Shown: positions 1-14,600 of the stretch, in pieces
Layout: the number at the start of each line of letters is the position of its first letter
Position numbering within the stretch: the first letter of the stretch is position 1
Origin: Bugula neritina
Lineage: Eukaryota; Animalia; Bryozoa
Direction of reading: 5' to 3'
DNA length: 64,000 nt
Assembly (NCBI GenBank): GCA_964035545.1
Contig: CAXIUT010000230.1
Coordinates: 1,488,001 to 1,552,000 of the forward strand
Notes under the pieces: model-generated
What the model was told of the DNA's origin: nothing
What the model saw: only the letters and a program-made list of their open reading frames with translations
Database searches by the model: none
Translations under genes and position numbers: made by a program

Positions 1-793
1 ACTGAAATATACTGCGACGCGTTAAAATATACTGCAACATACTGAAACATACAGCAACATACTGCAACATACTAAAATACACTGCAACATACTGAAGTAC
101 ATCGCAACACATTAAAACTTACTGCAACTTACTGAAACACACTGCAACATTTTGAAATATACTGCAACATATCGAAATACACTATAACATATTGAAATAT
201 ACTGCAACATACTGAATTACACTCTAACATACTGAAATATGCTGTAGCCTACTGGAATACACTGCAACACATTGAAGTACACGGTAATACACTGAAATGT
301 ACTGCAACATACTGAATTAAACTGCAACATACTGCAACATACTGGAATACACTGTAACATAATGAAATATGTTGTAGCACACTGAAATACACTGCAACAC
401 ACTGTTGTATACTGTAATATACTGAAATGTACTGCAACATACTGAAATATAATGCAACGCGTTGAATTACACTGTAACATGTTGAAATATACCGCAACAT
501 ACTGAAATGCACTGTAATATACAGAAATGTACTGTAACATACTGAAATATACTGTAACACACTGAATAATACTCTAACATACCGAAATACACTGTAACAT
601 ACTGAATTATACTGCAACATACTGCATTATACTGAATTACACTTGAACATAATGAAATACACTGCAACACATTGAAATATACTGCGACATACCGAAATGA
701 ATGGTAAACTAGTGAAATATACTGTAACATAATGAAACATACCGGAACATACTGCAACATACTGCAACATACTGAAATACACTGAAATATATC

Positions 794-3700
794 GAAATAC
801 ACTGCAACATACTGCAACATACTGAAATACACTGGAACATAATGGAATACACTGCAACAAACTAAAATATACTGCAACATACTGAAATGTAATGTAATAT
901 ACAGAAATGTACTGTAACATACTGAAATATACTGTAACAGACTGAAATATACTCTAACATACCGAAATACACTGTAACATACTGAAATATTCTGCAACAT
1001 ACTGCAACATACTGAATTACACTTGAACGTAATGAAATACACTGCAACACATTGAAATATACTGCAACATTTCGAAATGAATAGTAAACTAGTGAAATAT
1101 ACTGTAACATAATGAAACATACCGGAACATACTGCAACATAATAAAATATAGTGTAACACACTGAAAAATGCGGCATCATACCGAAATATACTGCAACAC
1201 GTTGAAAGTTACTGCAACATACTGAAATATACTGCAACATACTGCAATATACTGAAATACACTGGAACATATTGAACTACACTGCAACACTCTGAAATAT
1301 ACTGCAACACACTGAAACATACGGCAACATAGCGAAATAAACTGCGACACGTTGAAATATACTGCAACATACTGAAATATACTGCTAGTGGTGCAACATA
1401 CTGAAATGCACTATGACACACTGAAATACACTGCAACATACTGCAACATACTGAAATATACTGCGTCGCATTAAAATACACTGCAACATACTGAAATATA
1501 CTGCAACATAGTGAAATGTAGTGTAATATACAGAAATACACTGTAACATACTGAAATATACTGCAACACACTGCATTATCCTGAATTACACTTCAACATA
1601 AAAAAATACACTGCAACACATTGAAATATACTGCGACATACCGAAATGAATGGTAAACTAGTGAAATATACTGTAACATAATGAAACATACCGGATAATA
1701 CTGCAACTTAATAAAATGTACTGTAACACACTGAAATATACTGCAAGATACTGAAATATACTGTAACATACTGAAACCCATGCAACATACTGAAATACGC
1801 TGCAACATACTGAATTATACTGCAAGATACTTCAACATACTGAAATACACTATAACACACTGAAATACACTGCAACATACTGAAGTACACTGAAATACAC
1901 TGTAACATATTGAAATACATTGCAAAACATCGAAATATACTGCAACATACTGAAATATGCTGTAGCATACTGAAAGACACTACAACTCAGTGAAGTATAG
2001 TGTAATATATGGAAATGTACTGACACATGCCGAAATATACTGCAACATACTGAAATACACTGGAACATTTTGATATGCACTGCAACGCATGGAATTATAC
2101 TGCAACACACTGAAACATAAGGCAACATACTGAAATACACTGCAACATACTGCAACATACTAAAACACACTGCAACATACTGAAAACCACTATAACATAT
2201 TGAAATATACTGCAACATACTGAAATACACTATAACATATTGAAATATGCTGTAGCATACTGAAATACACTGCCACACAGTGAAGTATACTGTAATACAC
2301 AGAAATTTACTGTAACATACTGAAACATAGGGCAACATACTGAATATACTGCAACATACTGAAACACACTTTAACATATTGAAATATACTGCAACATACT
2401 TAAATACACTATAACATATTGAAATATGCTGTAGCATACTGAAATACACTGCCACACACTGAAGTATACTGTAATATACAGAAATGTACTGTAACATACT
2501 GAAACATAGGGCAACATACTGCAATGTACTGCAACATACTGAAATATACTGTAAGTGGTGCAACATACTGAAATACACTGTGACATATTGAAATACACTG
2601 CAACATGCTGCAACATACTGAACTACACTGGAACATATTGGAATACACTGCAACACATTGAAATATAGTGTAACACACTAAAACATACGGCAACATACTG
2701 AAACACACTGCAACCTACTGCAACATACTAAAATACACTGCAACATACTGAAAACCACTATAACATATTGAAATATACTACAACATACTGAATTACTCTC
2801 TAACATACTGAAATATGCTGTAGCATACTGAAATACACTGCAACACACTGAAGTATACTGCAATATACTGAAATGTACTGCAACATACTGAATTATACTG
2901 CAACATACTGAAATGTAATGCAACATACTGAATTATACTGCAACATACTGCAAAAGACTGAAATACACAGTTACATATTGAAATACACTGCGAGACATTG
3001 AAATATACTGCAACATACTGAAATATACTGCAAGATACTGCAATATACTGAATTAGACTGTGACATACTGAAATACACTGCACAATACTGCAAGAAACTG
3101 CAACATACTGAAATACACTGTAACATATTGAAATACACTGCATCATACTGCAACATACTGACATACACTGGAACATATTGATATACACTGCAACACATTG
3201 AAATATACTGCAACACACGGAACCATTCGGCAACATACCGAAATATACTGCGACACAGTGAAAAATACGGCAACATACTGAAATATACTGCAAATGATGC
3301 ACATACTGAAATACAATGTGACACACTGAAATACACTTCAACATACTGCAACATACTGCAACATACTGAAATACACTGTAACATATTGAAATACACTGCA
3401 TAATACTGCAACATACTGAATTACACTGGAACATATTGATATACACTGCAACACATTGAAGTATTCTGTAACATAATGAAACATACCGGAACATACTGCA
3501 ACGTAATAAAATATAGTGTAACACACTAAAATATACGGCAACATACCGAAACATACTGCGACACGTTGAAAAATACTGCAACATACTGAAATATACTCCA
3601 AGTGGTGCAACATACTGAAATACACTGTGACACACTGAAATACACTGCAACATAATGCAACATACTGTACCATACTGTAATACACTGTTACATATCGAAT

Positions 3701-6700
3701 TACACTGCAACATACTGCAACATACTGAAATATACTGCAACGTACTGCAACATACTGAAATACACTGCAACATACTGAAATACATTGCAACACATTAAAA
3801 TATACTGCAAAACACTGAAACATACTGCAACATACTGACATATACTGCAACATACTGAAATACACTATAACATATTGAAATATACTGCAACATACTGAAT
3901 TACACCCTAACATACTGAAATATGCTGTAGCATACTGAAAGACACTACAACTCAGTGAAGTATAGTGTAATATACGGAAATGTACTGACACATGCCGAAA
4001 TATACTGCAACATACTGAAATACACTGGAACATTTTGATATGCACTGCAACGCATTGAATTATACTGCAACACACTAAAACATAAGGCAACATACTGAAA
4101 TACACTGCGAAACATTGAAACATACTACAACATACTAAAATATACTGCAACATACTGCAACATCCTAAAATACACTGTAACATACTGAAATACACTGCAA
4201 AACCTTAAAAAATACTGCAACATACTTAAACATACGGCAACATACTGAAATATACTGCAACATACTGAAATACACTCTAACATATTGAAATATACTGCAA
4301 CATACTGAAATACACTATAACATATTGAAATATGCTGTAGCATACTGAAATACACTGCCACACACTGAAGTATACTGTAATACCCAGAAATGTACTGTAA
4401 CATACTGAAACATAGGGCAACATACTGAAATGTACTGCAACATGCTGAAATATACTGTAACATATTGAAATACACTGCAACATACTGCAACATACTGAAA
4501 TACACTGGAACATAATGGAATACACTGCAACAAACTAAAATATACTGCAACATACTGAAATGTAATGTAATATACAGAAATGTACTGTAACATACTGAAA
4601 TATACTGTAACAGACTGAAATATACTCTAACATACCGAAATACACTGTAACATACTGAAATATTCTGCAACATACTGCAACATACTGAATTACACTTGAA
4701 CGTAATGAAATACACTGCAACACATTGAAATATACTGCAACATTTCGAAATGAATAGTAAACTAGTGAAATATACTGTAACATAATGAAACATACCGGAA
4801 CATACTGCAACATAATAAAATATAGTGTAACACACTGAAAAATGCGGCATCATACCGAAATATACTGCAACACGTTGAAAGTTACTGCAACATACTGAAA
4901 TATACTGCAACATACTGCAATATACTGAAATACACTGGAACATATTGAACTACACTGCAACACTCTGAAATATACTGCAACACACTGAAACATACGGCAA
5001 CATAGCGAAATAAACTGCGACACGTTGAAATATACTGCAACATACTGAAATATACTGCTAGTGGTGCAACATACTGAAATGCACTATGACACACTGAAAT
5101 ACACTGCAACATACTGCAACATACTGAAATATACTGCGTCGCATTAAAATACACTGCAACATACTGAAATATACTGCAACATAGTGAAATGTAGTGTAAT
5201 ATACAGAAATACACTGTAACATACTGAAATATACTGCAACACACTGCATTATCCTGAATTACACTTCAACATAAAAAAATACACTGCAACACATTGAAAT
5301 ATACTGCGACATACCGAAATGAATGGTAAACTAGTGAAATATACTGTAACATAATGAAACATACCGGATAATACTGCAACTTAATAAAATGTACTGTAAC
5401 ACACTGAAATATACTGCAAGATACTGAAATATACTGTAACATACTGAAACCCATGCAACATACTGAAATACGCTGCAACATACTGAATTATACTGCAAGA
5501 TACTTCAACATACTGAAATACACTATAACACACTGAAATACACTGCAACATACTGAAGTACACTGAAATACACTGTAACATATTGAAATACATTGCAAAA
5601 CATCGAAATATACTGCAACATACTGAAATATGCTGTAGCATACTGAAAGACACTACAACTCAGTGAAGTATAGTGTAATATATGGAAATGTACTGACACA
5701 TGCCGAAATATACTGCAACATACTGAAATACACTGGAACATTTTGATATGCACTGCAACGCATGGAATTATACTGCAACACACTGAAACATAAGGCAACA
5801 TACTGAAATACACTGCAACATACTGCAACATACTAAAACACACTGCAACATACTGAAAACCACTATAACATATTGAAATATACTGCAACATACTGAAATA
5901 CACTATAACATATTGAAATATGCTGTAGCATACTGAAATACACTGCCACACAGTGAAGTATACTGTAATACACAGAAATTTACTGTAACATACTGAAACA
6001 TAGGGCAACATACTGAATATACTGCAACATACTGAAACACACTTTAACATATTGAAATATACTGCAACATACTTAAATACACTATAACATATTGAAATAT
6101 GCTGTAGCATACTGAAATACACTGCCACACACTGAAGTATACTGTAATATACAGAAATGTACTGTAACATACTGAAACATAGGGCAACATACTGCAATGT
6201 ACTGCAACATACTGAAATATACTGTAAGTGGTGCAACATACTGAAATACACTGTGACATATTGAAATACACTGCAACATGCTGCAACATACTGAACTACA
6301 CTGGAACATATTGGAATACACTGCAACACATTGAAATATAGTGTAACACACTAAAACATACGGCAACATACTGAAACACACTGCAACCTACTGCAACATA
6401 CTAAAATACACTGCAACATACTGAAAACCACTATAACATATTGAAATATACTACAACATACTGAATTACTCTCTAACATACTGAAATATGCTGTAGCATA
6501 CTGAAATACACTGCAACACACTGAAGTATACTGCAATATACTGAAATGTACTGCAACATACTGAATTATACTGCAACATACTGAAATGTAATGCAACATA
6601 CTGAATTATACTGCAACATACTGCAAAAGACTGAAATACACAGTTACATATTGAAATACACTGCGAGACATTGAAATATACTGCAACATACTGAAATATA

Positions 6701-8590
6701 CTGCAAGATACTGCAATATACTGAATTAGACTGTGACATACTGAAATACACTGCACAATACTGCAAGAAACTGCAACATACTGAAATACACTGTAACATA
6801 TTGAAATACACTGCATCATACTGCAACATACTGACATACACTGGAACATATTGATATACACTGCAACACATTGAAATATACTGCAACACACGGAACCATT
6901 CGGCAACATACCGAAATATACTGCGACACAGTGAAAAATACGGCAACATACTGAAATATACTGCAAATGATGCACATACTGAAATACAATGTGACACACT
7001 GAAATACACTTCAACATACTGCAACATACTGCAACATACTGAAATACACTGTAACATATTGAAATACACTGCATAATACTGCAACATACTGAATTACACT
7101 GGAACATATTGATATACACTGCAACACATTGAAGTATTCTGTAACATAATGAAACATACCGGAACATACTGCAACGTAATAAAATATAGTGTAACACACT
7201 AAAATATACGGCAACATACCGAAACATACTGCGACACGTTGAAAAATACTGCAACATACTGAAATATACTCCAAGTGGTGCAACATACTGAAATACACTG
7301 TGACACACTGAAATACACTGCAACATAATGCAACATACTGTACCATACTGTAATACACTGTTACATATCGAATTACACTGCAACATACTGCAACATACTG
7401 AAATATACTGCAACGTACTGCAACATACTGAAATACACTGCAACATACTGAAATACGTTGCAACACATTAAAATATACTGCAAAACACTGAAACATACTG
7501 CAACATACTGACATATACTGCAACATACTGAAATACACTATAACATATTGAAATATACTGCAACATACTGAATTACACCCTAACATACTGAAATATGCTG
7601 TAGCATACTGAAAGACACTACAACTCAGTGAAGTATAGTGTAATATACGGAAATGTACTGACACATGCCGAAATATACTGCAACATACTGAAATACACTG
7701 GAACATTTTGATATGCACTGCAACGCATTGAATTATACTGCAACACACTAAAACATAAGGCAACATACTGAAATACACTGCGAAACATTGAAACATACTA
7801 CAACATACTAAAATATACTGCAACATACTGCAACATCCTAAAATACACTGTAACATACTGAAATACACTGCAAAACCTTAAAAAATACTGCAACATACTT
7901 AAACATACGGCAACATACTGAAATATACTGCAACATACTGAAATACACTCTAACATATTGAAATATACTGCAACATACTGAAATACACTATAACATATTG
8001 AAATATGCTGTAGCATACTGAAATACACTGCCACACACTGAAGTATACTGTAATACCCAGAAATGTACTGTAACATACTGAAACATAGGGCAACATACTG
8101 AAATGTACTGCAACATGCTGAAATATACTGTAACATATTGAAATACACTGCAACATACTGCAACATACTGAAATACACTGGAACATAATGGAATACACTG
8201 CAACAAACTAAAATATACTGCAACATACTGAAATGTAATGTAATATACAGAAATGTACTGTAACATACTGAAATATACTGTAACAGACTGAAATAAACTC
8301 TAACATACCGAAATACACTGTAACATACTGAAATATTCTGCAACATACTGCAACATACTGAATTACACTTGAACGTAATGAAATACACTGCAACACATTG
8401 AAATATACTGCAACATTTCGAAACGAATAGTAAACTAGTGAAATATACTGTAACATAATGAAACATACCGGAACATACTGCAACATAATAAAATATAGTG
8501 TAACACACTGAAAAATGCGGCATCATACCGAAATATACTGCAACACGTTGAAAGTTACTGCAACATACTGAAATATACTGCAACATACTG
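794..8590 (+). repeat. 3,673-bp higher-order tandem repeat, ~2.1 near-identical copies
   Basis: Identical ORFs recur at +3673 (862/4535/8208; 1209/4882; 1850/5523; 2793/6466; 3338/7011). Length equals 368 monomers minus 7 nt, matching six register slips per unit (1381, 1771, 2341, 2551, 3598 at -1; 3291 at -2). Only isolated SNPs seen (~7457, ~8296, ~8424). Confidence 0.96.
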
Positions 8591-11500
8591 AAATGTAGTG
8601 TAATATACAGAAATACACTGTAACATACTGAAATATACTGCCACTTACTGCATTATCTTGACTTACACTTGAACATAAAAAAATACACTGCAACACATTG
8701 AAATATACTGCGACATACCGAAATGAATGGTAAACTAGTGAAATATACTGTAACATAATGAAACATACCGGAACATACTGCACCTTTATAAAATGTACTG
8801 CAACACACTGAAATACACTGCAAGATACTGAAATACACTATAACACACTGAAATACACTGCAACATACTGAAGTACACTGAAATACACTGTAACATATTG
8901 AAATACATTGCAAAACATCGAAATATACTGTATAATACTGAAACCCATGCAACATACTGAAATACGCTGCAACATACTAAAATATACTGCAACATACTGC
9001 AACATCCTAAAATACACTGTAACATACTGAAATACACCACAACATACTGCAACATACTGAAATACACTGGAACATATTGAATTACACTGCGACACATTGA
9101 AATACACTGCAACATACTGAAATATACTGCAAGATACTGCAACATACTGAAACAGACTGTGACATACTGAAATACACTGCAACGTACTGCAAGATACTGC
9201 AACATACTGAAATACACTGGAACATATTGATATACACTGCAACACATTGAAATATACTGCAACACACTGAAACATACGGCAATATACCGAAATACACTGC
9301 GACACCCTGAAAAATACTGTAAATACTGAAATATACTGTAAGTGGTGCAACATACTGAAATACACTGTGACACACTGAAATACACTGCAACACACTGCAA
9401 CATACTGAAATACAATGTAACATATTGAAACACTCTGCAACATACTGCAATATACTGAAATACACTGGAACATATTGGATTATACTGCAACACATTGAAA
9501 TATACTGCAACACACTGAAACATACGGCAACATACTGAGATATACTGCGACGCCTAAAAATATACTGCAATATACTGAAATATAATGCAACATACTGCAA
9601 CACACTAAAATACACTGTAACATACTGAAATACATTGCAACACATTAAAATATACTGCAACATACTGAAACATACTGCAACAAACTGAAATACACTGCAA
9701 CATACTGTAAAACACTATAACATAATGAAATATACTGCAACATACTGAATTACTCTCTATCATACTGAAATATGCTGTAGCATACTGAAGTATACTGCAA
9801 TATACTGAAATGTACTGCAACATTCTGAACTATACTGCAACATACTGCAATATATTGAAATACACTGTAACATAAAGAACTATGCTGTAGCACACTGAAA
9901 TACGCTGCAACACACTGAAGTATACTATAATATACTGAAATGTACTGCAACATACCGAAATATACTGCAACGCATTGAATTACACTGTGACATATTGAAA
10001 TATACCACAACATACTGAAATGTAGTGTAACCTGCAGAAATGTACTGTAACATACTGAAATATACTGTAACACACTGAAATATACTCTTACATACCGAAA
10101 TACACTGTAACATACTGAAATATACTGCAAGTGGTGCAACATACTGAAATACACTGTGACACACTGAAATACACTGCAACATACTGCAACATACTGAAAT
10201 ATACTGCGACGCATTAAAATATACTGCAACATACTGATATATACTGCAGCATACTGAAATGTAGTGTAATATACAGAAATACACTGTAGCATACTGAAAT
10301 ATACTGCAACATACTGCATTATCCTGAAATACACTTGAACATAATGAAATACACTGCAACACATTGAAATATACTGCGACATACCGAAATGAATGGTAAA
10401 CTAGAGAAATATACTGAAACATATTGAAACATACCGGAACATACTGCAACATAACAAAATATATTGCAACACATTGAAATATACGGCAACATACCGAAAT
10501 ATACCGCGACACGTTGAAAAATACTGCAACATACTGAAATATACTGGAACATACTGCAACATACTAAAATATACTGCAACATACTGAAACATACTGCAAC
10601 ATACTGAAATATACTGCAACTTACTGAAATACACTATAACATGTTGAAATATACTGCAACATACTTAATTACACTCTAAGATGCTGAAGTATGCTGTAGC
10701 ATACTAAAATACACTGCAACGCACTGAAGTATACTGTAATACACTGGAATGTAACGCAACATGCTTAATTATACTGCAACATACTGCAACATACTGAAAT
10801 ACACTACACATACTGCAACATACTGAAATATACTGCAAGATACTGCAACATACTGAAATAGACTGTGACATACTGAAATACACTGCAACATAGTGCAAGA
10901 AACTGCAACATACTGAATTACACTGTAACATATTGAAATACACTGCATCATACTGCAACATACTGACATACACTGGAACATATTGATATAGACTGCAACA
11001 CATTGAAATATACTGCAACACACTGCAACATGCTGAATTACACTTGAGCATGATGAAATACACTGCAAAACATTGAAATATACTGCAACATATCGAAATG
11101 AATGGTAAACTAGTGAAATATACTGTAACATAATGAAACATACCGGAACATACTGCAACATAACAAAATATAGTGCAACACATTGAAATATACGGCAACA
11201 TACCGAAATATACTGCGACACGTTGAAAAATACTGCAACATACTGAAATATACTGCAAGTGGTGCAACATACTGAAATACACTGTGACACACTGAAATAC
11301 ATTGAAACATAATGCAACATACTGCAACATCCTGAAATACACTGTAACATATCGAAATACAGTGCAACATACTGCAACATACTGCAAGATACTGAAATAC
11401 ACTGTAACATATCGAAACACACTGCAACATACTGCAACATACTGAAATACACTGGAACATAATGGAATACACTGCAACACATTGAAATATACTGCAACAC

Positions 11501-11640
11501 ACTGAAACATAAGGCAACATGATGAAATATACTGCGACACAATAAAATACACTGCAACATGCTGCAACATACTGCAACATAGTGAAGTACACCGTGACAC
11601 ACTGAAATACACTGCAACATACTGCAACATACGGCAACAT
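8591..11640 (+). repeat. Diverged satellite segment with no near-identical copy seen elsewhere in the window
   Basis: Same monomers and module motifs (~8720, 9338, 10127, 10386, 11096, 11255), but its ORF translations have no duplicates in the track. It carries private -1 slips at ~9316 (ACTGTAAAT) and ~10803 (ACTACACAT). Confidence 0.8.
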
Positions 11641-14600
11641 ACTGAAATATACTGCGACGCGTTAAAACATACTGCAACATACTGAAACATACTGCAACAT
11701 ACTGCAACATACTAAAATACACTGCAACATACTGAAGTACATCGCAACACATTAAAACTTACTGCAACTTACTGAAACACACTGCAACATTTTGAAATAT
11801 ACTGCAACATATCGAAATACACTATAACATATTGAAATATACTGCAACATACTGAATTACACTCTAACATACTGAAATATGCTGTAGCCTACTGGAATAC
11901 ACTGCAACACACTGAAGTACACGGTAATACACTGAAATGTACTGCAACATACTGAATTAAACTGCAACATACTGCAACATACTGGAATACACTGTAACAT
12001 AATGAAATATGTTGTAGCACACTGAAATACACTGCAACACACTGTAGTATACTGTAATATACTGAAATGTACTGCAACATACTGAAATATAATGCAACGC
12101 GTTGAATTACACTGTAACATGTTGAAATATACCGCAACATACTGAAATGCACTGTAATACACAGAAATGTACTGTAACATACTGAAATATACTGTAACAC
12201 ACTGAATAATACTCTAACATACCGAAATACACTGTAACATACTGAATTATACTGCAACATACTGCATTATACTGAATTACACTTGAACATAATGAAATAC
12301 ACTGCAACACATTGAAATATACTGCGACATACCGAAATGAATGGTAAACTAGTGAAATATACTGTAACATAATGAAACATACCGGAACATACTGCAACAT
12401 ACTGCAACATACTGAAATACACTGAAATATATCGAAATACACTGCAACATACTGCAACATACTGAAATACACTGGAACATAATGGAATACACTGCAACAA
12501 ACTAAAATATACTGCAACATACTGAAATGTAATGTAATATACAGAAATGTACTGTAACATACTGAAATATACTGTAACAGACTGAAATATACTCTAACAT
12601 ACCGAAATACACTGTAACATACTGAAATATTCTGCAACATACTGCAACATACTGAATTACACTTGAACGTAATGAAAGACACTGCAACACATTGAAATAT
12701 ACTGCAACATTTCGAAATGAATAGTAAACTAGTGAAATATACTGTAACATAATGAAACATACCGGAACATACTGCAACATAATAAAATATAGTGTAACAC
12801 ACTGAAAAATGCGGCATCATACCGAAATATACTGCAATACGTTGAAAGTTACTGCAACATACTGAAATATACTGCAACATACTGCAATATACTGAAATAC
12901 ACTGGAACATATTGAACTACACTGCAACACTCTGAAATATACTGCAACACACTGAAACATACGGCAACATACCGAAATAAACTGCGACACGTTGAAATAT
13001 ACTGCAACATACTGAAATATACTGCTAGTGGTGCAACATACTGAAATGCACTATGACACACTGAAATACACTGCAAAATACTGCAACATACTGAAATATA
13101 CTGCGTCGCATTAAAATACACTGCAACATACTGAAATATACTGCAACATAGTGAAATGTAGTGTAATATACAGAAATACACTGTAACATACTGAAATATA
13201 CTGCAACATACTGCATTATCCTGAATTACACTTCAACATAAAAAAATACACTGCAACACATTGAAATATACTGCGACATACCGAAATGAATGGTAAACTA
13301 GTGAAATATACTGTAACATAATGAAACATACCGGAACATACTGCAACATACTGCAACATACTGAAATACACTGAAATATATCGAAATACACTGCAACATA
13401 CTGCAACATACTGAAATACACTGGAACATAATGGAATACACTGCAACAAACTAAAATATACTGCAACATACTGAAATGTAATGTAATATACAGAAATGTA
13501 CTGTAACATACTGAAATATACTGTAACACACTGAATAATACTCTAACATACCGAAATACACTGTAACATACTGAATTATACTGCAACATACTGCATTATA
13601 CTGAATTACACTTGAACATAATGAAATACACTGCAACACATTGAAATATATTGCGACATACCGAAATGAATGGTAAACTAGTGAAATATACTGTAACATA
13701 ATGAAACATACCGGAACATACTGCAACATACTGCAACATACTGAAATACACTGAAATATATCGAAATACACTGCAACATACTGCAACATACTGAAATACA
13801 CTGGAACATAATGGAATACACTGCAACAAACTAAAATATACTGCAACATACTGAAATGTAATGTAATATACAGAAATGTACTGTAACATACTGAAATATA
13901 CTGTAACAGACTGAAATATACTCTAACATACCGAAATACACTGTAACATACTGAAATATTCTGCAACATACTGCAACATACTGAATTACACTTGAACGTA
14001 ATGAAAGACACTGCAACACATTGAAATATACTGCAACATTTCGAAATGAATAGTAAACTAGTGAAATATACTGTAACATAATGAAACATACCGGAACATA
14101 CTGCAACATAATAAAATATAGTGTAACACACTGAAAAATGCGGCATCATACCGAAATATACTGCAACACGTTGAAAGTTACTGCAACATACTGAAATATA
14201 CTGCAACATACTGCAATATACTGAAATACACTGGAACATATTGAACTACACTGCAACACTCTGAAATATACTGCAACACACTGAAACATACGGCAACATA
14301 CCGAAATAAACTGCGACACGTTGAAATATACTGCAACATACTGAAATATACTGCTAGTGGTGCAACATACTGAAATGCACTATGACACACTGAAATACAC
14401 TGCAAAATACTGCAACATACTGAAATATACTGCGTCGCATTAAAATACACTGCAACATACTGAAATATACTGCAACATAGTGAAATGTAGTGTAATATAC
14501 AGAAATACACTGTAACATACTGAAATATACTGCAACATACTGCATTATCCTGAATTACACTTCAACATAAAAAAATACACTGCAACACATTGAAATATAC

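Noticed and set aside
455-464. Perfect palindrome CAACGCGTTG (and copies) as a regulatory site or hairpin
   Set aside because: Only 10 bp, reachable by a few transitions from the consensus, and paralogous copies read CAACGCATTG, so symmetry is not conserved.
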